Both the position numbers and the translations under genes were made by a program. Source: Acidobacteriota bacterium (lineage in GTDB: Bacteria > Acidobacteriota > UBA890 > WLXD01). Taken from it: 64,000 bases of DNA. Where the stretch lies: the NCBI GenBank assembly GCA_963666215.2, contig CAXWPL010000005.1, positions 448,001 through 512,000 on the forward strand, read 5' to 3'. Below, piece after piece: positions 49,357 through 60,329 of this stretch (position 1 is its first letter; every line of letters starts with the position of its first letter). The notes below the pieces were generated by a model that had not been told where the DNA came from, did not search any database, and worked only from the letters and a program-made list of their open reading frames with translations.

Positions 49357-50730
49357 CTACTTCGGCGGACGCTTGCCTGCGAGCATGTCGGCAAGCCGTT
49401 CCAGCCCCATCGTCATGTTCTCTTTCGGCGGACCGAACGAAAACCGCATTCACTCGTTGTAGGGCGTCCCGTGGCGACGCAACCCGCCGGGGTTGACGTC
49501 GAAGAATCGCCCTGGGACGGTCATGACACGGTAGTCGAGCGCCCGCCAGAAGAACTCCATAGCGTCGTTGAATGGCGGCTCGAGCTCGGCGAGCGAGCCC
49601 CAACAATAGAACGTCGAGAGCGGGCGCCGCGCGAAACGCACGCCGATGTTCTCGAGCCCTGCGACCATCTGGTTTCGCTTGTCGCAGAAGACCTCACGCA
49701 GCGCCGTGGTTTCGGCGTCGGCATGCCGCGGCGCGAGCACACCAACCGCCGCGCGCTGTGCCGGGCGCGACGGGCCGCCGTCAATCGAGCTGGCGTTTCG
49801 CGCGATGCTCTCGACCATCGCCGAGGGTCCGACCGCCCAGCCCACTCGCCATCCCGGATAGCGAAAACACTTTGTGAGGCCGTCGAACAGCACCACCGGG
49901 TCGCGCTCGACGTCCTCGACGTAGGCCGCTGCGCTCACCGGCGCGGCCGCGGGGCCGCAAACACGGCCGCCGGCGGCATCGCTATCGGGGCCACGGCTGC
50001 TCATTCCGCCGCCGGCGGGGCCGGTTACGTTGTCGAGCCCCGGCCCGAGGGGCGAATACACGAAGTGGCTGTAGAACTCGTCCATCAACAGAGTGACGCG
50101 ACGCTCGCTCACACTGCGAACCATGGCCCGCAGCTGTTCCCCCGCGATCACGTTGCCGGTGGGATTACACGGGTTCGAGATGATCAGGGCTCCGAGCCCC
50201 GAGCGATCGATCTCGCTCTCAAAGCGCGCGACGTCGAGCAGAAAGCCCTCCTCCTCGGTCGTCCGCAGTGGGATGGGTACCAGTCGACCGAGGTGCAGGT
50301 TGAACATGTCCTCGTAGGCGGTGTAGTCGGGAAGCTGGTAGCCAACGTTCACCGGGCCGAGCGCAGCCATCGCTCGTGTCAACGCCAGCCGCCCACCGCT
50401 GGCAATCGCGACATTCTCGGGGCCGTACTGTGAGCTGCGTCCCGAGCGATAGAGGCGGTTGTAGTGCGCCGCCACCGCCTCGCGCAGCTCGTCGATGCCC
50501 TCGAGGCGACCGTATGCGTGATCCTCCGGGAGCAGCTCGACTCTAGAGACACGTTCCGGCGCGCCCGGCATCGGCCCGACCTCCGGCTGTCCCTGCCCCA
50601 GATTGCTCCAGTCGGGATGGCCGTTGTAGAAGCCGCGCTTGTGAGCCTCGTCGACGACGAAGATCACCCCCATATAGGGGACCTCGCGCATCGCGCCGCG
50701 GTCTCCCTGTAGATCGATATCCGAGCCCAT
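49357..50730 (-). pseudogene. Class I/II PLP aminotransferase with an in-frame TGA at 49450-49452
   Basis: NLGQGQPE, SNPCNPTG, DEFY, GLTK.FRYPGWRVGW. The same frame continues after TGA as MRFSFGPPKENMTMGLERLADML to TAG 49357. Confidence 0.85.
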
Positions 50731-50883
50731 CCGCCTCTCCCTCTGGTTGCCGTTGGCGCGGCAAATGTAGCAGCCGGTGCGGCGACACATGCGCCGTGTT
50801 CACAGCTCGAGATTCGCGGTGCTGACGCGGTCTCCAGAGTGCCGCCAGTCGCCGACGCGAAGCGCTCGGTCGGAAGGACTGGG

Positions 50884-51734
<851 letters not shown>

Positions 51735-51778
51735 CCGCTCGCCCTCATGCTCGTTCGCGCCTATCGTCACGATCGCTC

Positions 51779-52663
51779 TCAGCGCGCCGGCCGCAACGCG
51801 GCGGCCTTACGCTCGTACTTGCCCTCGCGATCGAGGCCAAAATCGTAGTCATAGAGTGCACTCTCCCAGGACCCATACTGCGGGTTGGGCAGCACGATCC
51901 ATTGCTCGCCCCAGCGACTGGCGTTGTCCGCCACGAGCTGTTGACGGGCCCGTTGATCGACGCGCACGTCCGAAACAAAGTCGCCGAGATTGTCGCCGAT
52001 CAACAGCAAGATCCGGTAGCGAGCCGCCAGCGCGCGGCGACGTTCTCCCTTGTCGCTGGCGGTGTCGGGCGGTCGTGGATAGAGCGTGTCTCCAGCGCCC
52101 ATGGGAAAGCCGCTCGCGACGAGGTTCGCGCGCGTGGCGTCGCTGAGCTCCTGAGCTCGATTGGTGACGTAGAGCACCGTTACGCCGCGGGCGGCCGCAC
52201 CGAGAGTGAACTCGAGCGCTCCGGGTGCCGGGACGGCATTCTCTTCGCGCACCCACTCGTTCCATCCCGTCGACTCGAAAGCGCTGTTGTCGAGAACAAG
52301 CCGTGCCTGGTAAGCCGAGTTGTCGAGAACCGTCTCGTCAACGTCGAGGATCACCGCCGGCGGGTACTCCTCGTAGCCCCCCATCTCGAGTTGCTCGAGA
52401 GAGGCCGACCACGCCGAGTCTTCAAGCGCGCGATTCATCATGACGTCGGCAAGTCGGTACGCCTGGCGCGCCGACGCCTCGTACTCGGCGCCTGTCTGGG
52501 TCCAGAGCGTAGCGTTGAGATTCTCGACGGCGAATCCGACTCCCGCAGACGCAGCGGCGGCGAACGACGGATCTGCGACGGGGCCACGCCGCTGGATGCT
52601 CCAAACAGCGATGGCGATGGCGATGGCAACGACAACGCTGACCGGACGTAGAGCTTGGCGCAT
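51779..52663 (-). CDS. e(P4)-type class C acid phosphatase / 5'-nucleotidase (HAD)
   Basis: DVDETVLDNS, YVTNR, K..RR, GDNLGDF, LPNP.YG.WE. Confidence 0.92.
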   Translation of the reverse strand: MRQALRPVSVVVAIAIAIAVWSIQRRGPVADPSFAAAASAGVGFAVENLNATLWTQTGAEYEASARQAYRLADVMMNRALEDSAWSASLEQLEMGGYEEYPPAVILDVDETVLDNSAYQARLVLDNSAFESTGWNEWVREENAVPAPGALEFTLGAAARGVTVLYVTNRAQELSDATRANLVASGFPMGAGDTLYPRPPDTASDKGERRRALAARYRILLLIGDNLGDFVSDVRVDQRARQQLVADNASRWGEQWIVLPNPQYGSWESALYDYDFGLDREGKYERKAAALRPAR

Positions 52664-52738
52664 GGCGTCTCCAGGCTGGTTCGTTCAACTTCGAGATCGA
52701 CCGCGAGATGTACTCAGGATTTGCGCCGGTCGAGTTGA

Positions 52739-53911
52739 TCACTCCGCCCCAGCGAGGCGACGCGACGGACGCGCCAGGGCGGCGGCGATGATGTTCTCGA
52801 TGAGCATGCTGAATTCGATGCCGGCCGCCGCCGCTCCCTGTGGCAGCAGACTGGTACGAGTCATGCCAGGAATCGTGTTGGTCTCGAGATAGATGGGGCG
52901 CTCGCCGTGCAGCATGAAGTCGCTGCGAGACATGCCCTCGCAGCCAAGCCGTTGATGCGCCTTGAGGGCGTCGCGCTGCACACGGTCTGCCGCTTCGTTG
53001 CTGATTCGCGCCGGAGTGATCTCTTCGCACGCACCCGCTGTGTACTTGGCACGAAAATCGAAGAACTCACCCTGCTTCGGCACGATCTCGGTTACGGGCA
53101 GCGGGTTCGGGAACCCATCAGAAGGGTCGTCGAGCACGCCGCAGGTTACTTCGGTGACGTCCATGCCCTCGCGGCTCTCGATCAGTTCCTCAACCAGGGC
53201 TCCGCCGCCGTCGGCGAGGGCGGCCTCGAGTGCTTCCGGCAATGCCGAGGCGTCGCGAACGCGGATCGTAGCGCACGAAGATCCGCCTCGGATCGGCTTG
53301 ACTACGCAGCCCCCGGTGGCTGCAACAAAGGCTCCGGCGCGATCGAGCTGAGCTTTCGTCGGCGCACCTCGCCCATCGACGAGGACGTGCTCGGCAACCT
53401 CGAGCCCGGCGGCCGCGCAGAGCTCTTTCGAAAGTCGCTTGTCCATCGCCAGCGCCGAGGCCAGCACTCCGGAGCCGGTATAAGGAATCGCGGCGACCTC
53501 CAGGAGCCCTTGTACGGTTCCGTCCTCGCCCCCGGCACCGTGCAGCGCCACGAAGACAACGTCAAACAGCTCCGCTCGCAGCCGTTCAAGCACACCCGAC
53601 GCCGCAGCTCGGCTTGTCTCTTCGGTCTCGTGAGTCTCACCCACGATGATGACGTCGTCGACGGGCGGCTCGGAGCTCGGCCCAGGTGCGCTGGGATCGC
53701 CAGCTGTGGAATCTTTCTTTTCGAGATCGGGGGCAGCTGGCAGCTCTCCGAATCGCCAGCACCCGAGCCGGTCGATGAACACCGGCGTGACCTCGTAGCG
53801 GGACCGCGGCAAGGCCTCAATGACGTTGCGTCCGCTACAAATCGAGACCTCGTGCTCTGGGCCGGTACCGCCTAACAGCACCGCCATACGAAGTCGATCG
53901 GAGGCCGCCAT
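52739..53911 (-). CDS. ddl: D-alanine--D-alanine ligase
   Basis: GG...EHEVS, LHG..GEDG, MDK, KP..GGSS, ETNTIPGMT.TSLLP. Confidence 0.95.
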   Translation of the reverse strand: MAASDRLRMAVLLGGTGPEHEVSICSGRNVIEALPRSRYEVTPVFIDRLGCWRFGELPAAPDLEKKDSTAGDPSAPGPSSEPPVDDVIIVGETHETEETSRAAASGVLERLRAELFDVVFVALHGAGGEDGTVQGLLEVAAIPYTGSGVLASALAMDKRLSKELCAAAGLEVAEHVLVDGRGAPTKAQLDRAGAFVAATGGCVVKPIRGGSSCATIRVRDASALPEALEAALADGGGALVEELIESREGMDVTEVTCGVLDDPSDGFPNPLPVTEIVPKQGEFFDFRAKYTAGACEEITPARISNEAADRVQRDALKAHQRLGCEGMSRSDFMLHGERPIYLETNTIPGMTRTSLLPQGAAAAGIEFSMLIENIIAAALARPSRRLAGAE

Positions 53912-54039
53912 GGCCGAAGGCTAGCACGACGCCGGGCGCCCGCGGAGAGCCTCTCGGCGGTGGATAGCGCTAGACTCGCCGCTCAGTTTCCTCGAGTCCC
54001 TCGAGCCCCTCGAGCCCACGAGCCGCCGCGAGAACAGTC

Positions 54040-54405
54040 ATGACGCCAGAAGCGACATTCGAAAGCCTCCGCTCCCGGATTGCTGCTCGTCCCGAGCTCG
54101 TCGACGAAGTCGACGCGATCTTCCGCTTCGACGTCGGCGGTGATCAGGGTGGCTCCTGGATCGTCGACCTCAAAAACCCGCCCGGCAGCGTGATCGATGT
54201 TCAGGCCACCGAGCCGGCCGCCTCGCACGACAGCAGCCAGACGCCAACTGCCGATCCCCCACCCGACTGCACGATTACTGTCGGGCAAGAAGACTTCGTC
54301 GGCATCATGGGTGGTCAGGTCGACCCCCAAAGGGCGTTCATGATGGGCAAGATCAGGGTCGCCGGCAATTTCATGCTAGCAACCCGCCTGCGCGCGTTGA
54401 TCTAG
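54040..54405 (+). CDS. SCP2 sterol/lipid-binding domain protein
   Basis: F.FDV.G..GG.W.VDL, DCTI, DPQ.AFMMGKIRV.GN..LA..L. Confidence 0.9.
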   Translation: MTPEATFESLRSRIAARPELVDEVDAIFRFDVGGDQGGSWIVDLKNPPGSVIDVQATEPAASHDSSQTPTADPPPDCTITVGQEDFVGIMGGQVDPQRAFMMGKIRVAGNFMLATRLRALI

Positions 54406-54457
54406 TCTCGCTACCTCGCTCGCGGGCGCAGCCGCCTCGGGCGTGCTGACACGCCGC

Positions 54458-54874
54458 CTAGCTGGCGTCACCGCTCGCTTCTTCGATCAAAGACGCGATC
54501 GAAGCGCGACCGAAGGCCGGCTTGGCTGGTGCGGGTTCGCTCGGGGCCGACTCGACGCCAACCGGGCCGGGAGCGCCGTTGGCCACCGCGAGAGCGGGCT
54601 CGGGCTGGGGCGCGGGTGTCGGGAGAGGAGCCGAATCGACCTCCACCTTGGACGCCGCGTGGCTCGTCGGCTCGATCTTCAGCGCCGGTCGCATGGAGTT
54701 GGCCTTCGAGGTGTTGCTTTGGCCGGTTTGTCCGACTGCTGCGTCCAACTCCTCGAGTGCGGCACGCATGAACGGCAGGACGATCTCCGCCTCCTGCTTG
54801 GCGCGCATGGCCTCCGCGCGCTGCTTCTCGTAATGCAGGATCACCTTCTGGAGCTCTGCTCGACCTTCTTGCAT
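54458..54874 (-). CDS. Hypothetical protein (helical N-terminus, Pro/Ala-rich tail)
   Basis: 138-aa ORF with a strong RBS (AGGGAGAGG) behind an AT-rich region. No recognised motif. Confidence 0.6.
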   Translation of the reverse strand: MQEGRAELQKVILHYEKQRAEAMRAKQEAEIVLPFMRAALEELDAAVGQTGQSNTSKANSMRPALKIEPTSHAASKVEVDSAPLPTPAPQPEPALAVANGAPGPVGVESAPSEPAPAKPAFGRASIASLIEEASGDAS

Positions 54875-55100
54875 TGGAACCTCTCCCTGGATGGTTGCCG
54901 TGAGGCTATGAAAGATACACCAGATCTCTGTGGGTATTCAAAGAGTTTTAAAAGATATGTATAGTCAGTATCAATCTCTATTAATCACTTATGCGCATTT
55001 ATGACTCCTGCCGTCGCCAGGGGACTGTCTGCGGACGCGAGCACGCCGAACCCTCACGATGGCGCCGAACTCCCCCGCCGCGCGCCATGGCGGCGGGAAC

Positions 55101-56093
55101 CTAGTCGTTCGAGCCTTCCGGCACGCTCCGGTCTTCCGGACAGAGACTCAGCGCGATGAACACGCGCGGCGCGCCGAGCGTGATCCAGCTGCCAAGAAGC
55201 GCGGCAATCGCCGCGGCGGCCGCGGGCTGCATGCCACCACCACCGGCCAGGGGCGAGCCCGTTGATGCCAGGCCCACCCGCGAGAGCAGGTAGATCGTCA
55301 ACGGTACCGACACGCCTACCATGAACCGCAGTCCGCGTTGCCGATCGCTGAGGTGGAGATCGGCCTCCGAGCGGCTCCAGGTACGGCGCGTCTTCCAGAC
55401 AGCCCCCGCCAGCGCCCCGGCCAGCAGTCCCAAGAGGAACGCGCTCTCGACCTGTTGGGGTATCAGAGCAGCAACCCCCACGACCCCGGCCGCGAGCCTC
55501 GGGATGACTCCGAACGAATCGGATCGTCCCGACCGGGTCCACAAGGTCACAGCGGCCACCATCAGCCCGCCTCCGATCATCCACCCGAGTAGCACGTCGG
55601 TAGGAAAGTGAACGCCGAGGTACACCCGCGACAATCCGATGAGCGGCACCATGGAGGCCAGCATCCAGGACAAGCCATGTTGCTGCGCGCGCGAAGACCC
55701 GGAGCGCGTATCTCGCCAACAGCTGGCCGCCAGCGCCAGCCCGCCCCAAACCACCACCGAGTTCTGCGCGTGCCCGCTAGGCAGTCCGTAGCCGTGCGTC
55801 GCCACCCGCTGCAGCTCGGGCACGAGCTCGAACGGGCGTGGATGCTGCAGGATCTCCTTCAGAACCAAATTAAGCTCCGAGGAAACCAAAAAAAGTAGCA
55901 GTAGACCAACGCCAAGACGATAGCTAACGCACCAGATCACGAGCGGGATCAGCAGCAGATAGGTCTCGCCGGCACCGAGGGAGCTGATGCCGACGAACAA
56001 CGCGTCAAGCCACGACGCGGCGACCCCAGCGGTCTCGGCGGTGGGCTGCAACCACTCGATAACAGCGATGCCCCACTCCCAGACAGGCTGCAT
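55101..56093 (-). CDS. PAP2-family membrane phosphatase
   Basis: LKE....PRP, PSGHAQ, SRVYLGVHFPTDV. Confidence 0.9.
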   Translation of the reverse strand: MQPVWEWGIAVIEWLQPTAETAGVAASWLDALFVGISSLGAGETYLLLIPLVIWCVSYRLGVGLLLLFLVSSELNLVLKEILQHPRPFELVPELQRVATHGYGLPSGHAQNSVVVWGGLALAASCWRDTRSGSSRAQQHGLSWMLASMVPLIGLSRVYLGVHFPTDVLLGWMIGGGLMVAAVTLWTRSGRSDSFGVIPRLAAGVVGVAALIPQQVESAFLLGLLAGALAGAVWKTRRTWSRSEADLHLSDRQRGLRFMVGVSVPLTIYLLSRVGLASTGSPLAGGGGMQPAAAAAIAALLGSWITLGAPRVFIALSLCPEDRSVPEGSND

Positions 56094-56146
56094 CGACGCC
56101 TCACTTTCTCATCGGCTCGTCAGAAACCATGAGCCGACTCAGCCAC

Positions 56147-57124
56147 TCAGCCCTCGATGGTCTCGACGGCCTCGACAGCCACCTGAAAGCGATCCAGAGC
56201 AACGTTGCCACCTGAGACCACAGCGACGAGCTCGCCACCCGGGCCGCAGCCACCCTGTAGCACGGCGGCCGTAGCAACGGCTCCTCCACCCTCCACGAGC
56301 AGGCGGTGCTCGTGTAGAAGAAAGGCCATCGCGCCGCCGATCGCGTGCTCGTCGACGGCGACGTAGTCGTCCACCAGCTCGCTGACGAGCCGCATCGTAT
56401 GGTCGTTCGTCTTGCCAATGCCACCGGCAAGCGCGGTAGCCAGAGTGGGTGTTTCTGGAAGCTCCATCGGGCGCCCGGCGGCCAGGCTCTCGATCATGAC
56501 GTTGCAGCGCTCGGCATACGCCGCAATAACACGAATCTGTGGCCGCGCTCTCTTGAGTGCCATCGCGATGCCGGCAATCAAGCCGCCACCCGAGAGCGGC
56601 ACCACAACCGCTTCCAGGTTCGGGCGCTGCTCCAGGAGCTCGCGCCCAATCGTTCCCTGCCCGGCGATGACCAACGGATCGTCGAAGGGGTGGACATAAA
56701 CCAGATTGCGCTCGACGTGCAGGCGCCACGACACCTCTTCGGCCTCGTCGGCAGTCTTGCCCTCCACCACGGCCTCAGCCCCGGAGTCGCGGATGGACCG
56801 CAGCTTGACCGGATCGACCCACTCCGGAACACAAACGGTGGCGGGCACCTTTTCGCGACCGGCAACGTAGGCGGTCGCGAGCCCGTGGTTGCCGCTCGAG
56901 CACGCGATGACGCCGCGAGCGCGTTCCTCGGGCGTCAGCGAAAGGATCTTGTTGGTGGCGCCACGGACCTTGAACGAGCCGGTCTGTTGCAGGCACTCGA
57001 GCTTGAGGTGAACATCGCGCCCGGCGACCTTGCTCAGCGCCGCCGCCGGCAGGACGGGCGTAACGTGGGCCATCCGGTAAACGCGTTCGGCGGCTCCTTC
57101 GATGTCGTAAGTTTCGTCGTGCAT
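56147..57124 (-). CDS. Threonine/serine dehydratase (short catabolic or EutB-like type)
   Basis: LKLECLQQTGSFKVRGA, SSGNHG, SGGGL, SGGN. No regulatory domain. Confidence 0.9.
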   Translation of the reverse strand: MHDETYDIEGAAERVYRMAHVTPVLPAAALSKVAGRDVHLKLECLQQTGSFKVRGATNKILSLTPEERARGVIACSSGNHGLATAYVAGREKVPATVCVPEWVDPVKLRSIRDSGAEAVVEGKTADEAEEVSWRLHVERNLVYVHPFDDPLVIAGQGTIGRELLEQRPNLEAVVVPLSGGGLIAGIAMALKRARPQIRVIAAYAERCNVMIESLAAGRPMELPETPTLATALAGGIGKTNDHTMRLVSELVDDYVAVDEHAIGGAMAFLLHEHRLLVEGGGAVATAAVLQGGCGPGGELVAVVSGGNVALDRFQVAVEAVETIEG

Positions 57125-57174
57125 GAGTCCCTACCGTTTTGTCCTGTCATCAAGGAAACCGTCGCAATCATCGA

Positions 57175-58185
57175 ATGATCGCACTCTGGCTCGAGAACGG
57201 CGCACTCCGATTGCGCGACGACCTACCCAGCCCCGAGCTCGGCCGAGAAGATGCCCTGCTCAGGGTACGCCGCGCCGGCATTTGTAACACCGACCTCGAG
57301 CTCCTTCGTGGTTACGCTTCGTTTGTCGGTATTCCGGGGCACGAGCTGGTGGCCAACGTCGTCGACGGGCCTACCGCGCTGATGGGCAAGCGGGTCGTCG
57401 CCGAAATCAACATCGGCTGCGGTGAGTGTCACCGCTGTATCGAAGACCGCCCACGCCACTGCGAGAACCGCCGCGCCCTGGGCATCCACGGTCGCGACGG
57501 CGGCTTCGCCGAGCTCATTCCTGTCCCCACGGTCAACCTGTTTCCGATCCCGGAGTCGATCACCGACGACGCGGCGGTGTTCGTTGAGCCCTTGGCGGCG
57601 GCCATGCGGATTGGCGAGCAGGTCGACCTCAACGGAGTCGATCGCGCACTCGTCGTCGGTGCTGGCAAGCTCGGGCAACTCGTGGCGCGAGCCCTGCTCC
57701 GGGTTGGCTGCGCGGTCACGATTGTGGAACGTCACCCCGCCCGCTCGGCCGCGCTCTTGGAGCTGGGGGTAGATCTTTGGCAACCGGCAATCCGGCAACA
57801 GCCGTATCGGCCGGATCCACCCGATCCGCCAGATCCACAAGCTCCACAGGATCGGCCAGCCGGTCGCTTCGATCTCCCGGTGGAGTGCACCGGCAACCCC
57901 GGCGGCTTCGAGATCGCCCGACGTGCTCTCAGGCCGGAAGGAACGCTGGTGCTCAAGAGCACCTACAACAATGCGCTCGAGTGCAACGCCACCGCGCTCG
58001 TCGTCGACGAGATACGTGTCGTGGGCTCGCGCTGCGGCCCGTTCGAGCCGGCAATTCAGGCGCTCGCTGCCGGCGAGATCGATATCAAACCACTCATCGA
58101 AGCCTGCTATCCGCTCGCGGAAGCACCGGCAGCGTTCGAGCACGCGGCCCAGCCGGGAGCTTTGAAGGTCCTGATCGAGATCTGA
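57175..58185 (+). CDS. Zinc-dependent MDR alcohol dehydrogenase
   Basis: GICNTD, GHE, CGECHRC...C, GAGKLG, GSRCG. Confidence 0.92.
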   Translation: MIALWLENGALRLRDDLPSPELGREDALLRVRRAGICNTDLELLRGYASFVGIPGHELVANVVDGPTALMGKRVVAEINIGCGECHRCIEDRPRHCENRRALGIHGRDGGFAELIPVPTVNLFPIPESITDDAAVFVEPLAAAMRIGEQVDLNGVDRALVVGAGKLGQLVARALLRVGCAVTIVERHPARSAALLELGVDLWQPAIRQQPYRPDPPDPPDPQAPQDRPAGRFDLPVECTGNPGGFEIARRALRPEGTLVLKSTYNNALECNATALVVDEIRVVGSRCGPFEPAIQALAAGEIDIKPLIEACYPLAEAPAAFEHAAQPGALKVLIEI

Positions 58186-58372
58186 TCGCAACACGACGTC
58201 ACCCCCTTCGGCGGCCCTCTCGCTCGGGCGACGGACGCCTACATCGTCGGGTATATTCCGGCCAAGCCTCGCCACCGCGCGGCAACTTGGGCGGCGTGCT
58301 CGCGTGCGAGCAAAGTGATCTCGATTTCGATCCTCTCGATCCGAACTCAGAGCCACAGACCGCATTGATCTG

Positions 58373-59626
58373 ATGGCCTCAAAACGCACCGGCTACCAAG
58401 TTCTCGTCCTCCTGCTCCTGCTCTACACGTTCTTCTTAGGGCTCGAGATGATGGGCATGGCGTTCAAGCTGTTCGGCCGTGGCTTCGCCGAAGAGCTTGT
58501 GGCGCGCACCGCCAATCCCTTTGTCGGCCTTTTGATCGGGATTCTCGCGACCACGCTCGTCCAGAGCTCGTCGACAACGACGTCGATGACGGTTGCGCTT
58601 GTCGCCGGGGGAGCGCTGACCATCGAGGGCGCCATTCCGGTCGTCATGGGCGCCAACATCGGGACGTCTGTAACGAACACGCTGGTCTCGCTCGCGCACG
58701 TTAGCCGCCGCGAGGAGTTCCAACGTGCGTTCGCGGGCGCCACCATCCACGACTTCTTCAACTGGATGACGGTGCTCCTGCTGCTGCCGCTCGAGATCGC
58801 CACTGGCTTCTTGGCGCGCAGCTCGCGAGTGCTCGCAGGCGCGGTCGAGGGAACCGGCGGCACCAAGCTGTTGTCGCCGCTCGACGCGATTGTCGACCCG
58901 GTTGCCGAGCTGCTCTCGGATGCGGGTGGGGGTTCCGGCGGCATGACGTTGATCATCGGTATCGTTCTACTGATGTCGGCGCTCAAGTTCCTCGTTGACG
59001 TCCTCAAGGCGGTGATGTCGGAGCGCGCCGGGCAGGTCCTGCATCGGACTCTGTTCCGCTCCGCCCTGGCGGCGATTGGCGCCGGCGCGATCATGACGGT
59101 CATGGTGCAGAGCAGCTCGATCACGACCTCGGTCATGGTGCCGCTCGTCGGGGCTGGCGTGGTGACGCTCGAGCAGCTCTTTCCCTTCACCCTGGGGGCC
59201 AACATCGGCACCACGGTCACCGCCATGCTGGCCGCCCTCGCCACCGGCAGCGGCGCGGCCGTTACTGTGGCGTTCTCGCACCTGCTGTTCAATCTGACCG
59301 GGACCCTCGTGATCTATGGAATCCCACCGCTGAGGCGAATCCCGCTACGACTGGCGCGCGCCATCGGGCGTTTGGGAGCCAACAATCGTCTGCTCGCCGG
59401 CCTCTACATCGTTGTCTTCTTCTTCGGGTTGCCGTTGCTTCTGCTGCTGCTCAGCGGCGCGCTGAGCTCGGCTCCCGACGCACCACCGGCGCCAACCGAC
59501 GAAGTCGCCGCCATCACTCGACCGCTCGAGCAGTCGGAGGTCGACCCGGCCAAGTCATTCGCTCCAACGCACCGGCCCGCGCTCACCATGGAGGCCACGC
59601 ATGTGGAAAATGCTCTTCGGCTCTGA
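58373..59626 (+). CDS. Na/Pi cotransporter (NptA-like)
   Basis: Duplicated QSSS and GANIGT motifs, ATIHDFFN. Confidence 0.92.
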   Translation: MASKRTGYQVLVLLLLLYTFFLGLEMMGMAFKLFGRGFAEELVARTANPFVGLLIGILATTLVQSSSTTTSMTVALVAGGALTIEGAIPVVMGANIGTSVTNTLVSLAHVSRREEFQRAFAGATIHDFFNWMTVLLLLPLEIATGFLARSSRVLAGAVEGTGGTKLLSPLDAIVDPVAELLSDAGGGSGGMTLIIGIVLLMSALKFLVDVLKAVMSERAGQVLHRTLFRSALAAIGAGAIMTVMVQSSSITTSVMVPLVGAGVVTLEQLFPFTLGANIGTTVTAMLAALATGSGAAVTVAFSHLLFNLTGTLVIYGIPPLRRIPLRLARAIGRLGANNRLLAGLYIVVFFFGLPLLLLLLSGALSSAPDAPPAPTDEVAAITRPLEQSEVDPAKSFAPTHRPALTMEATHVENALRL

Positions 59627-60254
59627 CAAGCCCTCGCCGCTTGTCGAATCGGCGTATCGAGATATCTCGACGATGTTGCACCAATCAAGGCACATGCTCG
59701 ACCTGGCGCTCACGACACTCCTCGACAACGTCACCCTCGAAGAGGATCTCGACCGCCTCGACGACGCCGTTGACGTTGGCGAGCGCATGGTGCGCCGCAC
59801 GATCCTCGAGCACCTGAGCATCAACCCGGGCGTCGACCTGGTGGCCAGCCTGCTACTGCTCAGCACGGTCCAGGATGCCGAGCGCATCGGCGACTTTGCC
59901 CGCGGGCTCGTTGAGGTGTCCGAAATGGCCAAGAGCCCACGCACCGGTGAGTTCGCGGCCGATCTCCGCGCGATGGCCGACAGGCTGCGCCCGATGTTCG
60001 ACGATGCCGAAGTGGCGTTCCGCGAGGATGACTCCAAACGCGCCGCGGGGGTCATCGCCGCACACGGCGAGCTGCGGCAGGACCTCAAGGCCTACCGCGC
60101 CCGTGCCGCGGCCAGCGACCTGACGGCTGACATGGCAATGGTGTACGCCAGCTCGGCACAGATCCTCCGACGGGTCGGCGCTCACCTTTCGAACATCGCT
60201 TCGACCGTGGTGCAGCCGTTCGATCGCATCCGCCATGGAGACGAAGACAGTTGA
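59601..60254 (+). CDS. PhoU domain protein
   Basis: D..VD..ER, DAERIGD, LRRVG.H..NIA. Overlaps the transporter stop. Confidence 0.85.
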   Translation: MWKMLFGSDKPSPLVESAYRDISTMLHQSRHMLDLALTTLLDNVTLEEDLDRLDDAVDVGERMVRRTILEHLSINPGVDLVASLLLLSTVQDAERIGDFARGLVEVSEMAKSPRTGEFAADLRAMADRLRPMFDDAEVAFREDDSKRAAGVIAAHGELRQDLKAYRARAAASDLTADMAMVYASSAQILRRVGAHLSNIASTVVQPFDRIRHGDEDS

Positions 60255-60329
60255 CGGTGAGGGTTCCGTAGCAATGACCTCGTCGGTCTCCTTCCCGTAT
60301 CGCGATCTCGCCACCCGTCGTAGAGGCCA

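Noticed and set aside
49450-49452. Second possible selenocysteine codon
   Set aside because: The position fits an aromatic residue rather than a catalytic Cys, and I saw no comparable downstream hairpin.
37262-50730. Alternative genetic code (TGA reassigned) suggested by two in-frame TGAs
   Set aside because: TGA terminates many intact genes in the window, including coupled TGATG overlaps.
53990-54030. Short CTCGAGyCC tandem repeat as a CRISPR or iteron
   Set aside because: Only three to four degenerate 9-mers with no spacers. No CRISPR array or cas gene was seen in the window.
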